Source: Nannocystales bacterium
GTDB lineage: Bacteria; Myxococcota_A; Polyangia; Nannocystales; Nannocystaceae
DNA length: 64,000 nt
Reading direction: 5' to 3'
Assembly (NCBI GenBank): GCA_050633305.1
Contig: JBOEGF010000042.1
Coordinates: 1-64,000 of the forward strand
Positions 9,868-19,376 of this stretch are shown piece after piece. Every line of letters begins with the position of its first letter. Position 1 is the first letter of the stretch. The notes beneath the pieces are model-generated. The model was not told the DNA's origin and did not search any database. It saw only the letters and a program-made list of their open reading frames with translations. Both the position numbers and the translations under genes were made by a program.

Positions 9868-10743
9868 CTAGTTCTCACACGCAACATCGAACGCGGCCTG
9901 CTCTGCCGCGCAAAGCTCCACACCCTCCAGCGCGCACGCGTTGTCGTTCGTCGGCGAACACTCCGCGAGTTCGTCGCACGTGAGGCCGGCGAAACATGCC
10001 GCCCGAGCATCGTAGGCGTCGGCGCAGGCGTCGAAGTCGTCGACGAACAGGCCGTTGAGAGCCTTGACGTACTCGCAATACCCCGGGGAGGTCACGCTCT
10101 GCGGAAGTCCACATTCGATGCGAGCGTCCCAGTTTTGCTCGCATGGCGTTCGTTCGCATGCAGCAGCCACAGCGACAGCCTCTGCGGGACATGGGTCCTC
10201 GATCGAACACCCCCACAACCCGCAGGACTCGAGTGTGGTGCAGTCCTGCACGGCATAGCAGTTGACACGATCCCGAATGGCATCGGTGCAGTCTTCGGAT
10301 GCTCCGGTCGCAGGGTGCTGCCCCATCTGACTCTCGCAAGCTTCTTCGGCGTAAGGACCCTGGATGGCGCAGGTATCCCATGCGTCGACGATCGCAGGGC
10401 AGATTGGTGGGATCGGAGGCATGGGCTCTCCCGTCGAGCTGGACTCCTCCTCGCCGGTCGTCGTGCCGTCGTCGTCGCCTCCGCTCGTACTCGTGCTCGT
10501 GCTCGTGCTCGTGTCGGGCCCGGAGGACGACTCCGTGCCGGTCGTGCTGTCTTCTGAAGTCGTCGACGTGCTCGCGGCACCGGTGGACGGGGCGCTCGCC
10601 GTTGAGGAAGACCCAGCGCCCGACGCTCCCCCGGAGGACGACGTGCCACCGCCTCCGTCCGCGGAACCCCCGCCGTCACAAGCCGGAAAAAACCCGAGCG
10701 CGAGCATGGATACGAGACCAAGGACGTTCCGCCGGACAGTCAC
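9868..10743 (-). CDS. Cys-rich lipoprotein with Ser/Thr/Gly linker
   Basis: Lipobox FFPAC, long S/T/G tract, and repeated helical Cys motifs (C..A......C...L.C..L..C). Confidence 0.8.
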   Translation of the reverse strand: MTVRRNVLGLVSMLALGFFPACDGGGSADGGGGTSSSGGASGAGSSSTASAPSTGAASTSTTSEDSTTGTESSSGPDTSTSTSTSTSGGDDDGTTTGEEESSSTGEPMPPIPPICPAIVDAWDTCAIQGPYAEEACESQMGQHPATGASEDCTDAIRDRVNCYAVQDCTTLESCGLWGCSIEDPCPAEAVAVAAACERTPCEQNWDARIECGLPQSVTSPGYCEYVKALNGLFVDDFDACADAYDARAACFAGLTCDELAECSPTNDNACALEGVELCAAEQAAFDVACEN

Positions 10744-10788
10744 AGAGCCCCTTTCGCGCCGAACGGAGCCGCAATGACAGGGACCCCG

Positions 10789-11400
10789 TCAGCTTTCCCG
10801 GGGCGACGGCGAGCAGTAGCGAAGCTGCGCGGTCGGAGCAGCTGCGACGCCATCCGCCAGAACCACCTCGATCAGCCGATCGTGCTCCTGCTCGGGAATG
10901 TGTCCTCGGTCGTTGAGGCCGCTCAAGGGCGCCCCCAGCAGCGTGGCCAGATTCGGGATCGTGTTGGAATGGCCCGCCACGAGCGCGATCGACCCGGCAG
11001 GAAGAGCGCGCAACGCCTTGGCAAGGGCCTCGGTGTCGGAGGCCGGGAGCGTGGCAACCTCGACGCCGTGGGCGGCTGCGGTTGGACGAACGGTCGCCTC
11101 GGTGCGTTGGAGGTCAGTGGCAAACACATGGGTCACCTCGAGGTCGCTCAACGCTCGCGCCAGACAGGTGGCACGGACAACGCCTTCAGGCAGCAACGGA
11201 GGGTCCTTCGTCCCATCGTCTGCCTTCTCGGCATGACGAACCACGAAGACCCGGGAGTGCAGCGATGCCTCCGCGGACGCTCTTGAAGTCTCCGCTGCCG
11301 CAGCAACCTCAGGCTCGGCGCAACGCGTTGCCGTGGACGGCTGGGCGCACCCGACCAGCGAGAGGCAAACGACCACCAGAAGACCCAGTCTGTTCCGCAC
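10789..11400 (-). CDS. Histidine phosphatase (SixA/phosphoglycerate mutase family) lipoprotein
   Basis: Lipobox LVGC with motifs VFVVRHAEK, ATDLQRTEATV and LVAGHSNTIP. Confidence 0.88.
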   Translation of the reverse strand: MRNRLGLLVVVCLSLVGCAQPSTATRCAEPEVAAAAETSRASAEASLHSRVFVVRHAEKADDGTKDPPLLPEGVVRATCLARALSDLEVTHVFATDLQRTEATVRPTAAAHGVEVATLPASDTEALAKALRALPAGSIALVAGHSNTIPNLATLLGAPLSGLNDRGHIPEQEHDRLIEVVLADGVAAAPTAQLRYCSPSPRES

Positions 11401-11513
11401 GTCCGCAGTCTCACACGTCTACCGCGATGTCGGCTCGTCAAGTGTCGCCGAGGTCGTTGGACGAAGTGAGAGGCTCGTGTCAGACCCGGCGATCGTCGCA
11501 TTACAACGTGTCC

Positions 11514-11936
11514 ATGTTGTTCGCGTGGCTGGAGCCGCTCGCCCCGACCGCGCCTGAGGTCTCCCTCAAATTTCCGCCACCGCCGGACCCTCTTGGCCCG
11601 CTCGCCTCGATGGTGGCGATTCTCGCGGTCCTTCTCGTCGCGGTCGCCATCCTGCGCCGGTTGCTTCGCGGTCGTCGCGGAGCGGAGACGCTGTTCGCAT
11701 TCTCGGTCGGACTCGGCAACGCGTTGATGGAAGTCGGCGCAATGTTGCAGCCCGATCGCCCGAAGGTAACGGTGTCCAGCGAGAAGGACGCCCCATCCGC
11801 AAGCGAGGACGGATCCGCCGGGGGCACGCCGCCGCCGCCCCCGGCAGCAGGCCCGTCGACATACAAGTCGAAGGCGGGAACGGCCAATGCAACGGGACGC
11901 TCACGCAGGCGCGGAGTCTACGACTCCCGGCGGTGA
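11514..11936 (+). CDS. Small single-pass membrane hypothetical protein
   Basis: ATG at 11514, hydrophobic helix MVAILAVLLVAVAIL, Pro-rich tail. Confidence 0.55.
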   Translation: MLFAWLEPLAPTAPEVSLKFPPPPDPLGPLASMVAILAVLLVAVAILRRLLRGRRGAETLFAFSVGLGNALMEVGAMLQPDRPKVTVSSEKDAPSASEDGSAGGTPPPPPAAGPSTYKSKAGTANATGRSRRRGVYDSRR

Positions 11937-11963
11937 CGCTTGGCTCCGCGCCCGGCCGATCCG

Positions 11964-12965
11964 CTACTCGGCCAGGACCCGAACGTTGTCGAGTTCGGCC
12001 CGTGCGGGGCCGGAGAAGTCCTCCGGAACGGTCCACACGAAGTTGATGAAGACCGTTTGGCCGGCGTACGCGGACACATCCACGGACCCCGCGTCGGTGA
12101 CATCGCCGGTCGTGTCGAACGCCGCGGTCTCGACCAGCACCGTTTCCATGGGGGCGCCGCCGCCTGCGGGTTCGATGCGCACCTCGAACGTGCGGTCGAT
12201 GGTCGCCTCGGCCTCGTTGAGGAGGTCCCAAGCCACACGGTAGTCGAACTCGAGCGTGGTTGCGCCCTCGCGAATGTCGAGGTCTTGACCGAAGGCGATC
12301 ACCCCTGTGTCCGACGCGCCGTTTCCGTCGAAGCCGTTGTAGGCGACGGAGGTTCCGTCCGTCGCCGTGAGCACGCCGAAGAAGCCTTCCCCTGGGTCGG
12401 TCGCGTCAGCACCGACGCCCGCGGCCACGAACGGCTCGCTCAGGTCTGCGACCGTCCAGCCGGTGAAGTCGGTCGTCTCAAAGCTGCAGTTGTCGCAACT
12501 CTCAACGCACTCTCCCGCTTCGCAGGTGGCACTTCCCGAGCACACGACGCCGGCCCCCTTGCCGTCGCACGTGGTAGCGCCGCAGAAGTCCGGGTTTGTG
12601 TCCGGATCGACGCACTCGCCGGGGCAGTCGAGGAACATGCAAGGCTCGCCCGAGCCGGAGGAGCTCTCGTCCTCTCCCGTACTGCCGGTGGTTCCGGTCG
12701 TGGGGTCGCCGGTGCTGGAGCCACCGGTCGTGGAGCTTCCGGTCGTGGAGCTTCCGGTCGTGGGCTCGCCTGTCGAGGAGGTGTCCATCGGGTCGGTCGT
12801 CGGCCCGGTCGCAGGGTCCGTCGTCGGCGGAAGCGTGGTCGAGGGGTCTGCGGTCCCCGTGGTCGTGCCGCCCGTCTCGTCGTCGTCGTTGGTACCGGTC
12901 GTCTCGTCGGACGGGCAGCCGGCAGCAAAAAGGAGAGCGCAAGAGAGGGTCAGCCAGGATCGCAT
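11964..12965 (-). CDS. Lipoprotein: Thr-rich linker, myxobacterial Cys-rich module, C-terminal beta-sandwich
   Basis: Lipobox AAGC, TTGSS repeats, CVDPDTNPDFCG motif, and a jelly-roll-like domain SFETTDFTGW...ELDNVRV. Confidence 0.85.
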   Translation of the reverse strand: MRSWLTLSCALLFAAGCPSDETTGTNDDDETGGTTTGTADPSTTLPPTTDPATGPTTDPMDTSSTGEPTTGSSTTGSSTTGGSSTGDPTTGTTGSTGEDESSSGSGEPCMFLDCPGECVDPDTNPDFCGATTCDGKGAGVVCSGSATCEAGECVESCDNCSFETTDFTGWTVADLSEPFVAAGVGADATDPGEGFFGVLTATDGTSVAYNGFDGNGASDTGVIAFGQDLDIREGATTLEFDYRVAWDLLNEAEATIDRTFEVRIEPAGGGAPMETVLVETAAFDTTGDVTDAGSVDVSAYAGQTVFINFVWTVPEDFSGPARAELDNVRVLAE

Positions 12966-13089
12966 GCCCGCTCCATAACGTGCTCATCTTCGGTGTCCAC
13001 ACCGTTCGTGGGACACCTTTGTTGGTGGACAGCTCGCGGCTAGACGGCCGACTGCGCTTCCACGCCCCCGGCCGCGAGCAAGAAGGGGC

Positions 13090-15036
13090 CTACTTCCCGC
13101 CGCCGTCACCCTCAGCGGGGTTTGTGCTCGCGCAGACTTGGGCGAAGTTGAGGTTGTCGATGAACCAGCCATACTCGAATCCGCAGCATGCGTCTCCGGT
13201 GTCGTAGCTGAACCGAAGCTGGCCATCCATGCCCGCATAGGCAGAGGTGTCGAGCGTGATGGGGTCCCACTCATCTGGACCCCGGTCCTCGGTGAGGAAA
13301 CAGAACGGATAGTCGTCGTCGGAGCAATTGACGAGGATTTCCCAGGTTTCCCCGCCATCGATCGAGATCTCGATCGTCTTGCTGTCGACGCCATCTGATC
13401 CGCCTTCGTCGAGGTTCCACGAGTCGAACGTCACGGCGTCGGGAATGACGTCAACGGGGCTGATGATCGATGCGTTGGCGGTTTCACTGCCCCCTCCGGA
13501 GACTGTGCTCCCGTCGTTGCCAAGGAAAGCGGTATCCATCGGGCTGATGACCCCATCGCCGTTCTCGTTGTCGGGGATCGCGGAGAACGTCCGCCAGTTC
13601 CCGCCAGAGGTGGACGCGACGCTCCACCCGGGGATGCCTGCGTCGAAGGAATCCATGGGTCCCTCACAGTCGAGGCACGAGCCATCGAGGCAGCCGTTGC
13701 AGTTGCCTTCCCCGGCGGGACAGTCCTCGCAGGACAGGAGGTTGACCAGGTCGTTGGGCTGGCAATAGCCGGCTGCATCGCAGGCGTCGGCCGACCCGCA
13801 TGAGGTCGCCTCGGCGGAGCCACAGGCCGTGCCGCCCCCCACCGATTCGAGCCCGCAGGCGCCCGTATCTCCACACACGCCGCCTCCGCACTCGGTACCA
13901 AACTCGTCGCAGACCGAGTCCCCGCCGCAGGCACACTCGGTGGCGAACGTGGTCATGTCGATGAACCAACCCCGCTCGAAGTCGCAGCAGCTGTCGCCAG
14001 TGTCGTAGCCGAACTCGACGATACCCACCTGCCCGACCAGTTTCGCGGGCACGGTGAGACTGATGTCGTCCCAGTCATCCGCTTCACGCTGGTTGACCTG
14101 ATCGCACATCGGCCACTCTCCCTTGGACTCCTGGCAGTTCACGACCGTGGTCCAGCTCTTTCCCGCATCGAGCGAGATACGAATGGTCTTGTTGTCGTAC
14201 CCGCCTCCACCTGCCCCCCCCTCGTCGAGGTTCCAGGAGCGGAAGTCGAGCGTGGCGGGAAGGACGAACGGTTTGGTCTGCGCGGAGGAGACCTCCTCCT
14301 CGCCACCGGGGTAGGGCGCCGAACGGTTGCCGTCAGTTCCGATCACTTGCCCACCAAAGGGAATCGCGGGCAGCAACATGTCTCCGCCCACTCCAAACTT
14401 TCCGCCCTTGCTCAGGTTGGCCGAGGGCGCCGCGGTGTAGAGACCCCAGTCGCCGGAGAGTTCCCACCCCACGATCGAGCGCGTCGTGCTGAAGTCGTTG
14501 TCGTCCGCGAACACGGCACATTCGGAGCAGGCCCCCGCAGCACATGCGCATTCGAGACCATCGCACTCGGTGCACGCGGCACCATCCCCCGACGTGTTGT
14601 CGGCACACGTACCCGCTCCGTCGCAGGTGTTCGGAGCGTCGCACTCGGACTCGGAAGCATCACCACATGCTGTCCCCTCTGCGAGGTCGGTCACCACGCA
14701 TTGCCCATCCTCGCAGGTCGCATCCGAGCACTCGGTCGCCATGTCGGCGCAGTCCTCGGGCCCGCCGCACTCGGGGCCGTCCGTGGTATCCGAAGTTCCG
14801 GGATCGACGGTCGGGTCGGTTGCGCCCGTGCTGCCGGGGTCGGTACTGGTCCCCGGACCTGTCGTTGGGTCTGTTGTTGGGTCGGTCGTCGGGTCCGTCG
14901 TCGCCCCTCCGGTCGTCGACCCTCCTTCACCGTCGTCGTCCAACGTGCCACCGGAAGCGGGACTGTCAGGGCAACCGGCCAACGGCGTGAGGGCGAGCAG
15001 GAGAGCGAGCGAGTGGCGGCGTCGCGCGGAAGGCAT
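13090..15036 (-). CDS. Cys-rich lipoprotein with two tandem jelly-roll (MAM/adhesin-like) domains
   Basis: Start MPSARRR at 15036, lipobox LAGC, TTDP repeats, Cys-rich spacers, and a duplicated SWNLDEGG...YDTGD.CC.FE.GWFID block. Confidence 0.85.
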   Translation of the reverse strand: MPSARRRHSLALLLALTPLAGCPDSPASGGTLDDDGEGGSTTGGATTDPTTDPTTDPTTGPGTSTDPGSTGATDPTVDPGTSDTTDGPECGGPEDCADMATECSDATCEDGQCVVTDLAEGTACGDASESECDAPNTCDGAGTCADNTSGDGAACTECDGLECACAAGACSECAVFADDNDFSTTRSIVGWELSGDWGLYTAAPSANLSKGGKFGVGGDMLLPAIPFGGQVIGTDGNRSAPYPGGEEEVSSAQTKPFVLPATLDFRSWNLDEGGAGGGGYDNKTIRISLDAGKSWTTVVNCQESKGEWPMCDQVNQREADDWDDISLTVPAKLVGQVGIVEFGYDTGDSCCDFERGWFIDMTTFATECACGGDSVCDEFGTECGGGVCGDTGACGLESVGGGTACGSAEATSCGSADACDAAGYCQPNDLVNLLSCEDCPAGEGNCNGCLDGSCLDCEGPMDSFDAGIPGWSVASTSGGNWRTFSAIPDNENGDGVISPMDTAFLGNDGSTVSGGGSETANASIISPVDVIPDAVTFDSWNLDEGGSDGVDSKTIEISIDGGETWEILVNCSDDDYPFCFLTEDRGPDEWDPITLDTSAYAGMDGQLRFSYDTGDACCGFEYGWFIDNLNFAQVCASTNPAEGDGGGK

Positions 15037-15245
15037 CGCGCGTAGCGTGGCGCGGGTCCCAACCTCAACGCAATATCGAGGCGATTCACTCGCGGGGTGC
15101 TGTCCGACCTGGTGGGTCCCTGCCCACACCTGACGACCAACGGTCCTGCGCGCCTCGTCTCACCGCTGCCGAAACGCAACCGTCGCGGCTACCAAACCGC
15201 ATCCATCGACTCGTTGCTCGAGTGCCCAGGGCATCCCCGATCGAG

Positions 15246-15737
15246 CTAGAGCCGCCGCTGCCAGTAGCCCACATCGACCCACCGATCGAACTTCCGACCG
15301 ACCTGCTCGAAATGCGCAACGTTGTGCATGCCCAGGCCCTCGTGCAGCGCCACGCTGGCTGCGTTCGGGAGCGAGATGCCAGCGATCACCACGTGCTTCT
15401 GCAGCCCGACAAGTCGTTCGAACAACGCCTCGCAGAGCGTCCGTCCCAGCCCCTCGCCCCGTGCGTCTGCATCCACGTAGACCGTGGACTCCACCGACCC
15501 CGCATACGCCGCTCGGGTCCGCCAAGGGGTCGCGTAGGCATAGCCTCTCGTCCCATGGTCCGTCTCCGCGACAAGCCAGGGGAGCCCGCTCCCCAGCACG
15601 CGGTCCAGGCGTTGGCGAAACTCGGCCGCGTCCACCGGCGTCAGCTCGAAGGTCGCGATCGAGGTGCGAATGTAGTGGTTGTAGATCGCCGCGAGCCTCG
15701 GCGCGTCGGAGACATCAGCGGGACGGACCTGGACCAC
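15246..15737 (-). CDS. GNAT N-acetyltransferase, phosphinothricin acetyltransferase (YncA/Pat/ArsN) family
   Basis: IYNHYIRTSIATFE, GYAYATPWRTRAAY, ESTVYV...RGEGLG, PNAASVALHE and VGRKFDRWVDVGYWQ. Confidence 0.92.
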   Translation of the reverse strand: MVQVRPADVSDAPRLAAIYNHYIRTSIATFELTPVDAAEFRQRLDRVLGSGLPWLVAETDHGTRGYAYATPWRTRAAYAGSVESTVYVDADARGEGLGRTLCEALFERLVGLQKHVVIAGISLPNAASVALHEGLGMHNVAHFEQVGRKFDRWVDVGYWQRRL

Positions 15738-15780
15738 GGGGGACTCTACCGCGCCGATTCACGTGCCGCCGCGGTGTCAC

Positions 15781-16821
15781 CTACTCTCGCTTCGGGTACG
15801 GGCGCAGGCCCAGCAACATCTCCGACTTCTCAGTGAGTGGCTGGTCGGCGAGCGCGGGGTCCGTGTCCGACCTGAGGTGCTCGACAACCACTGCGTACAC
15901 ATCCTCCCGGCTCTGGCTTGCATCGACCTCGACAACCTTGTCATGGCTCTTGAAGAGTTCGAGCGTGGGCAACGTCTCCGCCTTGAAGGTGTCGAAGCGC
16001 AGCTTCAGGCTCTCGATGTTGTCGTCACTTCGGCCTGAGTACTTGCTGCGGCCCAAGATCCGCTTCTCGAGTTCGTCGTAGGGGCACTCGAAGTAGAGCA
16101 TCCGGGGCAGCTCCGCCTCGCGCCCGTAGACCTCGTACCAACCCTCGAGGTTGTCCAAGGAGCGGGGGAATCCGTCGACCAGGAAGTTGAGGTTTCCCGT
16201 CGTGCGGATCGCCGTATCCATCGCTTTCTTCAGCAGACCGACCGAGATTTCTCGGGGCAGCAGTTTTCCTGCGGCCATCGTCTCTTCGATCAACGTCGCC
16301 GTGGGTCCGCCCGCCTCTCGCTCGTCGCGAAGAAGCGTGCCCACCGAGAGATGGGTCCACCCCAGCTGGGTCTCCGCAAGCTCGCACATGGTTCCCTTGC
16401 CGCTGCCGGGTCCGCCCAGGACAAAGATGACGTTGGGCTTGGGGAGCGGCTCGCGAGGGTCGAAGTGGTGAATGACAACCTTGGGCGCCGGCGCCACCCC
16501 CTTCTTGTAGACGTGCCACTCGAGTTTGGTCGGCGGCATCGCCTCGTCGCTGGTGATGTCGTAGGCCAGGTGCCCGTCGAGCCGACAGATCCGCCAGGAC
16601 TTGTAGCTGTTGGAGTACGACAGCGCGGGGCTGCGCTCGCACTCTCCGTCTGCGCGGTCCCACGCCATCTTGCCGTTCCAGTAGCCCAAGCTCGACACCG
16701 TGCCAGACTCGGACTTGGCCGGGGGGGCCGTCGAGGGGACGAACAAGCCGTCCACTTCAGGGAGGCCGGCGCCGGAGACTTCGATGAAGAACGTGTTTGG
16801 TTTGAGCTCGCCTGGGTTCAC
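15781..16821 (-). CDS. UMP-CMP kinase (adenylate kinase family, short-LID eukaryote-like type) with an extra N-terminal domain
   Basis: GTG start at 16821 after GAAGGA. Motifs VIFVLGGPGSGKGT, HLSVGTLLR, FLVDGFPRS and SGRSDDNIESLKLRF, preceded by about 125 aa of N-terminal extension. Confidence 0.88.
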   Translation of the reverse strand: MNPGELKPNTFFIEVSGAGLPEVDGLFVPSTAPPAKSESGTVSSLGYWNGKMAWDRADGECERSPALSYSNSYKSWRICRLDGHLAYDITSDEAMPPTKLEWHVYKKGVAPAPKVVIHHFDPREPLPKPNVIFVLGGPGSGKGTMCELAETQLGWTHLSVGTLLRDEREAGGPTATLIEETMAAGKLLPREISVGLLKKAMDTAIRTTGNLNFLVDGFPRSLDNLEGWYEVYGREAELPRMLYFECPYDELEKRILGRSKYSGRSDDNIESLKLRFDTFKAETLPTLELFKSHDKVVEVDASQSREDVYAVVVEHLRSDTDPALADQPLTEKSEMLLGLRPYPKRE

Positions 16822-17083
16822 GGTGTCGTCCTTCTTCGCGCCTGCGGCCCCGCGGAACGAGCGAGACCCGGCCGGAAGGTAGCTCAAACCGGGCTTTCCG
16901 GGTCGAATCACGTCGGCGGCGGTACCTCGCACCCCACAGGCGGCACGAACGGAGAGCGCCCCAGATGTCGGTGCGCGCGGCGAGCGAAGTCTGTGAAACC
17001 GCCTCGGTGCTTCGGGTCTGCTACAGGTTCGGGCGCCTCACCGGGTTGGACCGGGGAACGGGTCCGTCGGGTATGATGGTCCC

Positions 17084-17575
17084 ATGCAGACGGTGCGGAT
17101 TCCCATGGCCATCCTGCTCGCGCTGGAGCTCGTGGGGACGACGGCCTGCACATCGGTGGTCCAGCCGTGTCTCAACGTCGCGCCCTACGATGACGACGAG
17201 GCCAACGCGGAGCCCAAGCTCGACGTGGGAGCGGAAGAGAATGTGGTGCCATGCCTCTCGCCAGAAGGGCCGGAGGAGCCACCCGTGACCCCGTGTCTGG
17301 AGGTGGCGCTTCCCGAAGAGCCCCCCATGACGCCCTGCCTCATGGTCGTCCGGCCTCCCGATGCGCCAACTGAGGAGAACGACGAACCACGAGTAGGACC
17401 ATGCTTGAGAGTCGTCGCACCACGGGGCAGGGGGGGGCGAGGTGACACCGCAACGCTGATCCCCCCGGGGGGTCAGGGCGAAGAAGGGATGACGGCGCGA
17501 GCAGACGTCCTCGAGAAGCTGGCGGACTCCCTGCCCCCGGACGTGCTCGCGAAGCTTCGCAAGCTCGAGGGGTAG
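17084..17575 (+). CDS. Lipoprotein with five PCL-motif repeats
   Basis: Signal ILLALELVGTTAC; repeats VQPCLNV, VVPCLSP, VTPCLEV, MTPCLMV, VGPCLRV in acidic/Pro spacers; helical C-terminus. Confidence 0.75.
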   Translation: MQTVRIPMAILLALELVGTTACTSVVQPCLNVAPYDDDEANAEPKLDVGAEENVVPCLSPEGPEEPPVTPCLEVALPEEPPMTPCLMVVRPPDAPTEENDEPRVGPCLRVVAPRGRGGRGDTATLIPPGGQGEEGMTARADVLEKLADSLPPDVLAKLRKLEG

Positions 17576-17581
17576 CGGAAC

Positions 17582-19168
17582 CTACCCACACACGGCGTCA
17601 AACTCGTACGCCCCGATCGACCAGGGCTCCGTGCGCGTCGTGCCCGCGAAGTCGTCGGTGCCAGCTTGGGCGGCCATGGCATTGCCGCCCTGTGCCACGA
17701 CACAGAGGCTGCCGGGGGCGAGCTCGTAATCCCCCGCTACGATGTTCACAAACGAAGGCGTGACGTCGGTGTTGTCGGAGGCGCCGGGGAGTTCGCCCTG
17801 CATGCCTCCGATCGAATCCTGGTCGTCGCAGCCTGCCCCGCAATCGAGCGCCCGATCGGTCGCGATCGCGTTGTGGGTGACTCCGCCGGAGAGCGGGTTG
17901 CCGCCCGTGGTGATGAAGACACCACGGGTCCCGGAGACACCTGAGCCCAACAGGATGTTGTTGTGGAGGCCCAAATCTCCAGTGCTGTTGTAGACGACTC
18001 CGATCGGAGTGCCTCCGGTGCCCGTAGTGTCGACGTGGATCGTATTGCTCACGATCAGCGTGTTGTCGGCCTCGGGCTGAACACCAACCCCGATGAAGCT
18101 ACCAACGTGGTGCACCTGGATCACGTTGTTGGAGACCACCGCTTCGCAATGCAGACGCACACCACGGACCGTGCCGGGTTCCCCCGTGATCTCGATCGAG
18201 TTTGCACGGATGGTGGGTGTGCTGCTCGCATCACCACCACACTCGATGCCATCTTCATCGGTGAAGCCCTCGATCCTGTTGTGCTCGAGCCGCGCCTCGC
18301 TGCTCGTGAAGTACACCAGCCACATCATCGCGGAGTCGCCAACTTCCGGAGCGAGGATTTCGTTGTTGCGGATTGTGGCGCCTCCGCGGGCCCACAACAC
18401 CGCGTAGTCTCCCCCGGTTGAGCCGGAGAGGCGGAAGCCGTCGATGATGGTCTCGGGGCCGGTGTCAGCCCCAACCTCCATCACGGTGTTGAGGCCCACG
18501 GGCGAGCTGCCTGCCTCCTCGGTCCCCACGTCCGCGATCTCCGTGATGTGTTGGCTGGGGTCCCGACTCTCCCACGCTTCATCGAAACCTCCCCACAGCG
18601 ACACGCCGCCGACAACAACGACGTGATCGTCAATGTCGTGGTCAGTGAGATACACCCCCTCGCTCACGTAGACGTTGGACAAGTCCATCTCGACCGCCCG
18701 ATCGATGGCGGCTTGAATCGTCCGCATCGGCTGGTCGGGGGTTCCAGGTGCTCCGTCGAGGCCATCACTGGCTCGAACGTAGACGCCGGGGTCCAGCTCG
18801 AGGCCGGTGCCGCCTGTTGTCGTCCCAACTTCGGTGTCCTGTGCTTCGGAGCCCGCCGATGTCGAGGAGGTGAGCTCGGCTGCGGTGGTGCTCGATGTGC
18901 CGTCTATGGTCGCCGCGGTCGTCTGGGCCGAACTGCCCGAGGACTCCGCACCCGACAACGTCGCGCTGGACGTGACAGCATCGCCCTGCGTCCCGCTGGG
19001 CGTCGAACCCGAAGAAGTCGGCAAGCTTGCGGAGCCACCCGTGGACCCTCCGGTCGTACCCGAGACGTCGGCCGACGTCTCCTCTCCGCAGGCTCCGAGG
19101 GCGAGAGCGAGCAACCCGCATCGGAAAGGGACGTGGAGTGGAGAGAAAAATCCCGAAGACAAAGCCAT
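17582..19168 (-). CDS. Lipoprotein with DUF1565-like / right-handed parallel beta-helix domain
   Basis: Lipobox LGAC, S/T linker, VYVRAS.G.DG.PGT.DQPMRTIQAAI..A, NN.I/SNTI beta-helix repeats, and terminal WSIGAYE. Confidence 0.85.
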   Translation of the reverse strand: MALSSGFFSPLHVPFRCGLLALALGACGEETSADVSGTTGGSTGGSASLPTSSGSTPSGTQGDAVTSSATLSGAESSGSSAQTTAATIDGTSSTTAAELTSSTSAGSEAQDTEVGTTTGGTGLELDPGVYVRASDGLDGAPGTPDQPMRTIQAAIDRAVEMDLSNVYVSEGVYLTDHDIDDHVVVVGGVSLWGGFDEAWESRDPSQHITEIADVGTEEAGSSPVGLNTVMEVGADTGPETIIDGFRLSGSTGGDYAVLWARGGATIRNNEILAPEVGDSAMMWLVYFTSSEARLEHNRIEGFTDEDGIECGGDASSTPTIRANSIEITGEPGTVRGVRLHCEAVVSNNVIQVHHVGSFIGVGVQPEADNTLIVSNTIHVDTTGTGGTPIGVVYNSTGDLGLHNNILLGSGVSGTRGVFITTGGNPLSGGVTHNAIATDRALDCGAGCDDQDSIGGMQGELPGASDNTDVTPSFVNIVAGDYELAPGSLCVVAQGGNAMAAQAGTDDFAGTTRTEPWSIGAYEFDAVCG

Positions 19169-19336
19169 GGTTGGAGAGACAGACGCTCGACAAGGTCGAC
19201 TGATCCCGGCCATCGCGATTCGGGCCAACGTGGGCGTGGAGGAAATACGACAGCGCTGTCGTATTTGAAATGTGTCAGGCCTGGCGCATGGCCGCGCCGG
19301 GGCGTCGCAAGCGCGCGATTGCACCCTCTCGGAGTC

Positions 19337-19365
19337 TTGACCGGTCGGTACAGACGACCTATGCT
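19337..19365 (+). promoter_or_regulatory. sigma70 promoter of tetR overlapping a palindromic operator
   Basis: TTGACC (19337-19342), 17-nt spacer, TATGCT (19360-19365). The operator TTGACCGGTCGGTACA at 19337-19352 covers the -35 box. Confidence 0.7.
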
Positions 19366-19376
19366 CCTCTCACCCC

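Noticed and set aside
10485..12765. Short tandem repeats (CTCGTG)n and the 15-bp CCGGTCGTGGAGCTT units as a possible CRISPR or VNTR element
   Set aside because: They are in-frame coding repeats for TS/TTGSS linkers, with no unique spacers and no cas genes.
15246..15737. GNAT as an arsinothricin acetyltransferase (arsN) forming an arsenic system with arsH
   Set aside because: It lies 16 kb from arsH with unrelated genes between, and the Pat/YncA family is ubiquitous, so specificity cannot be read from the sequence.
16822..17083. Possible riboswitch or ncRNA upstream of the nucleotide kinase
   Set aside because: Only generic GC-rich pairing is visible, with no recognisable aptamer consensus; an Rfam/Infernal search would be needed.
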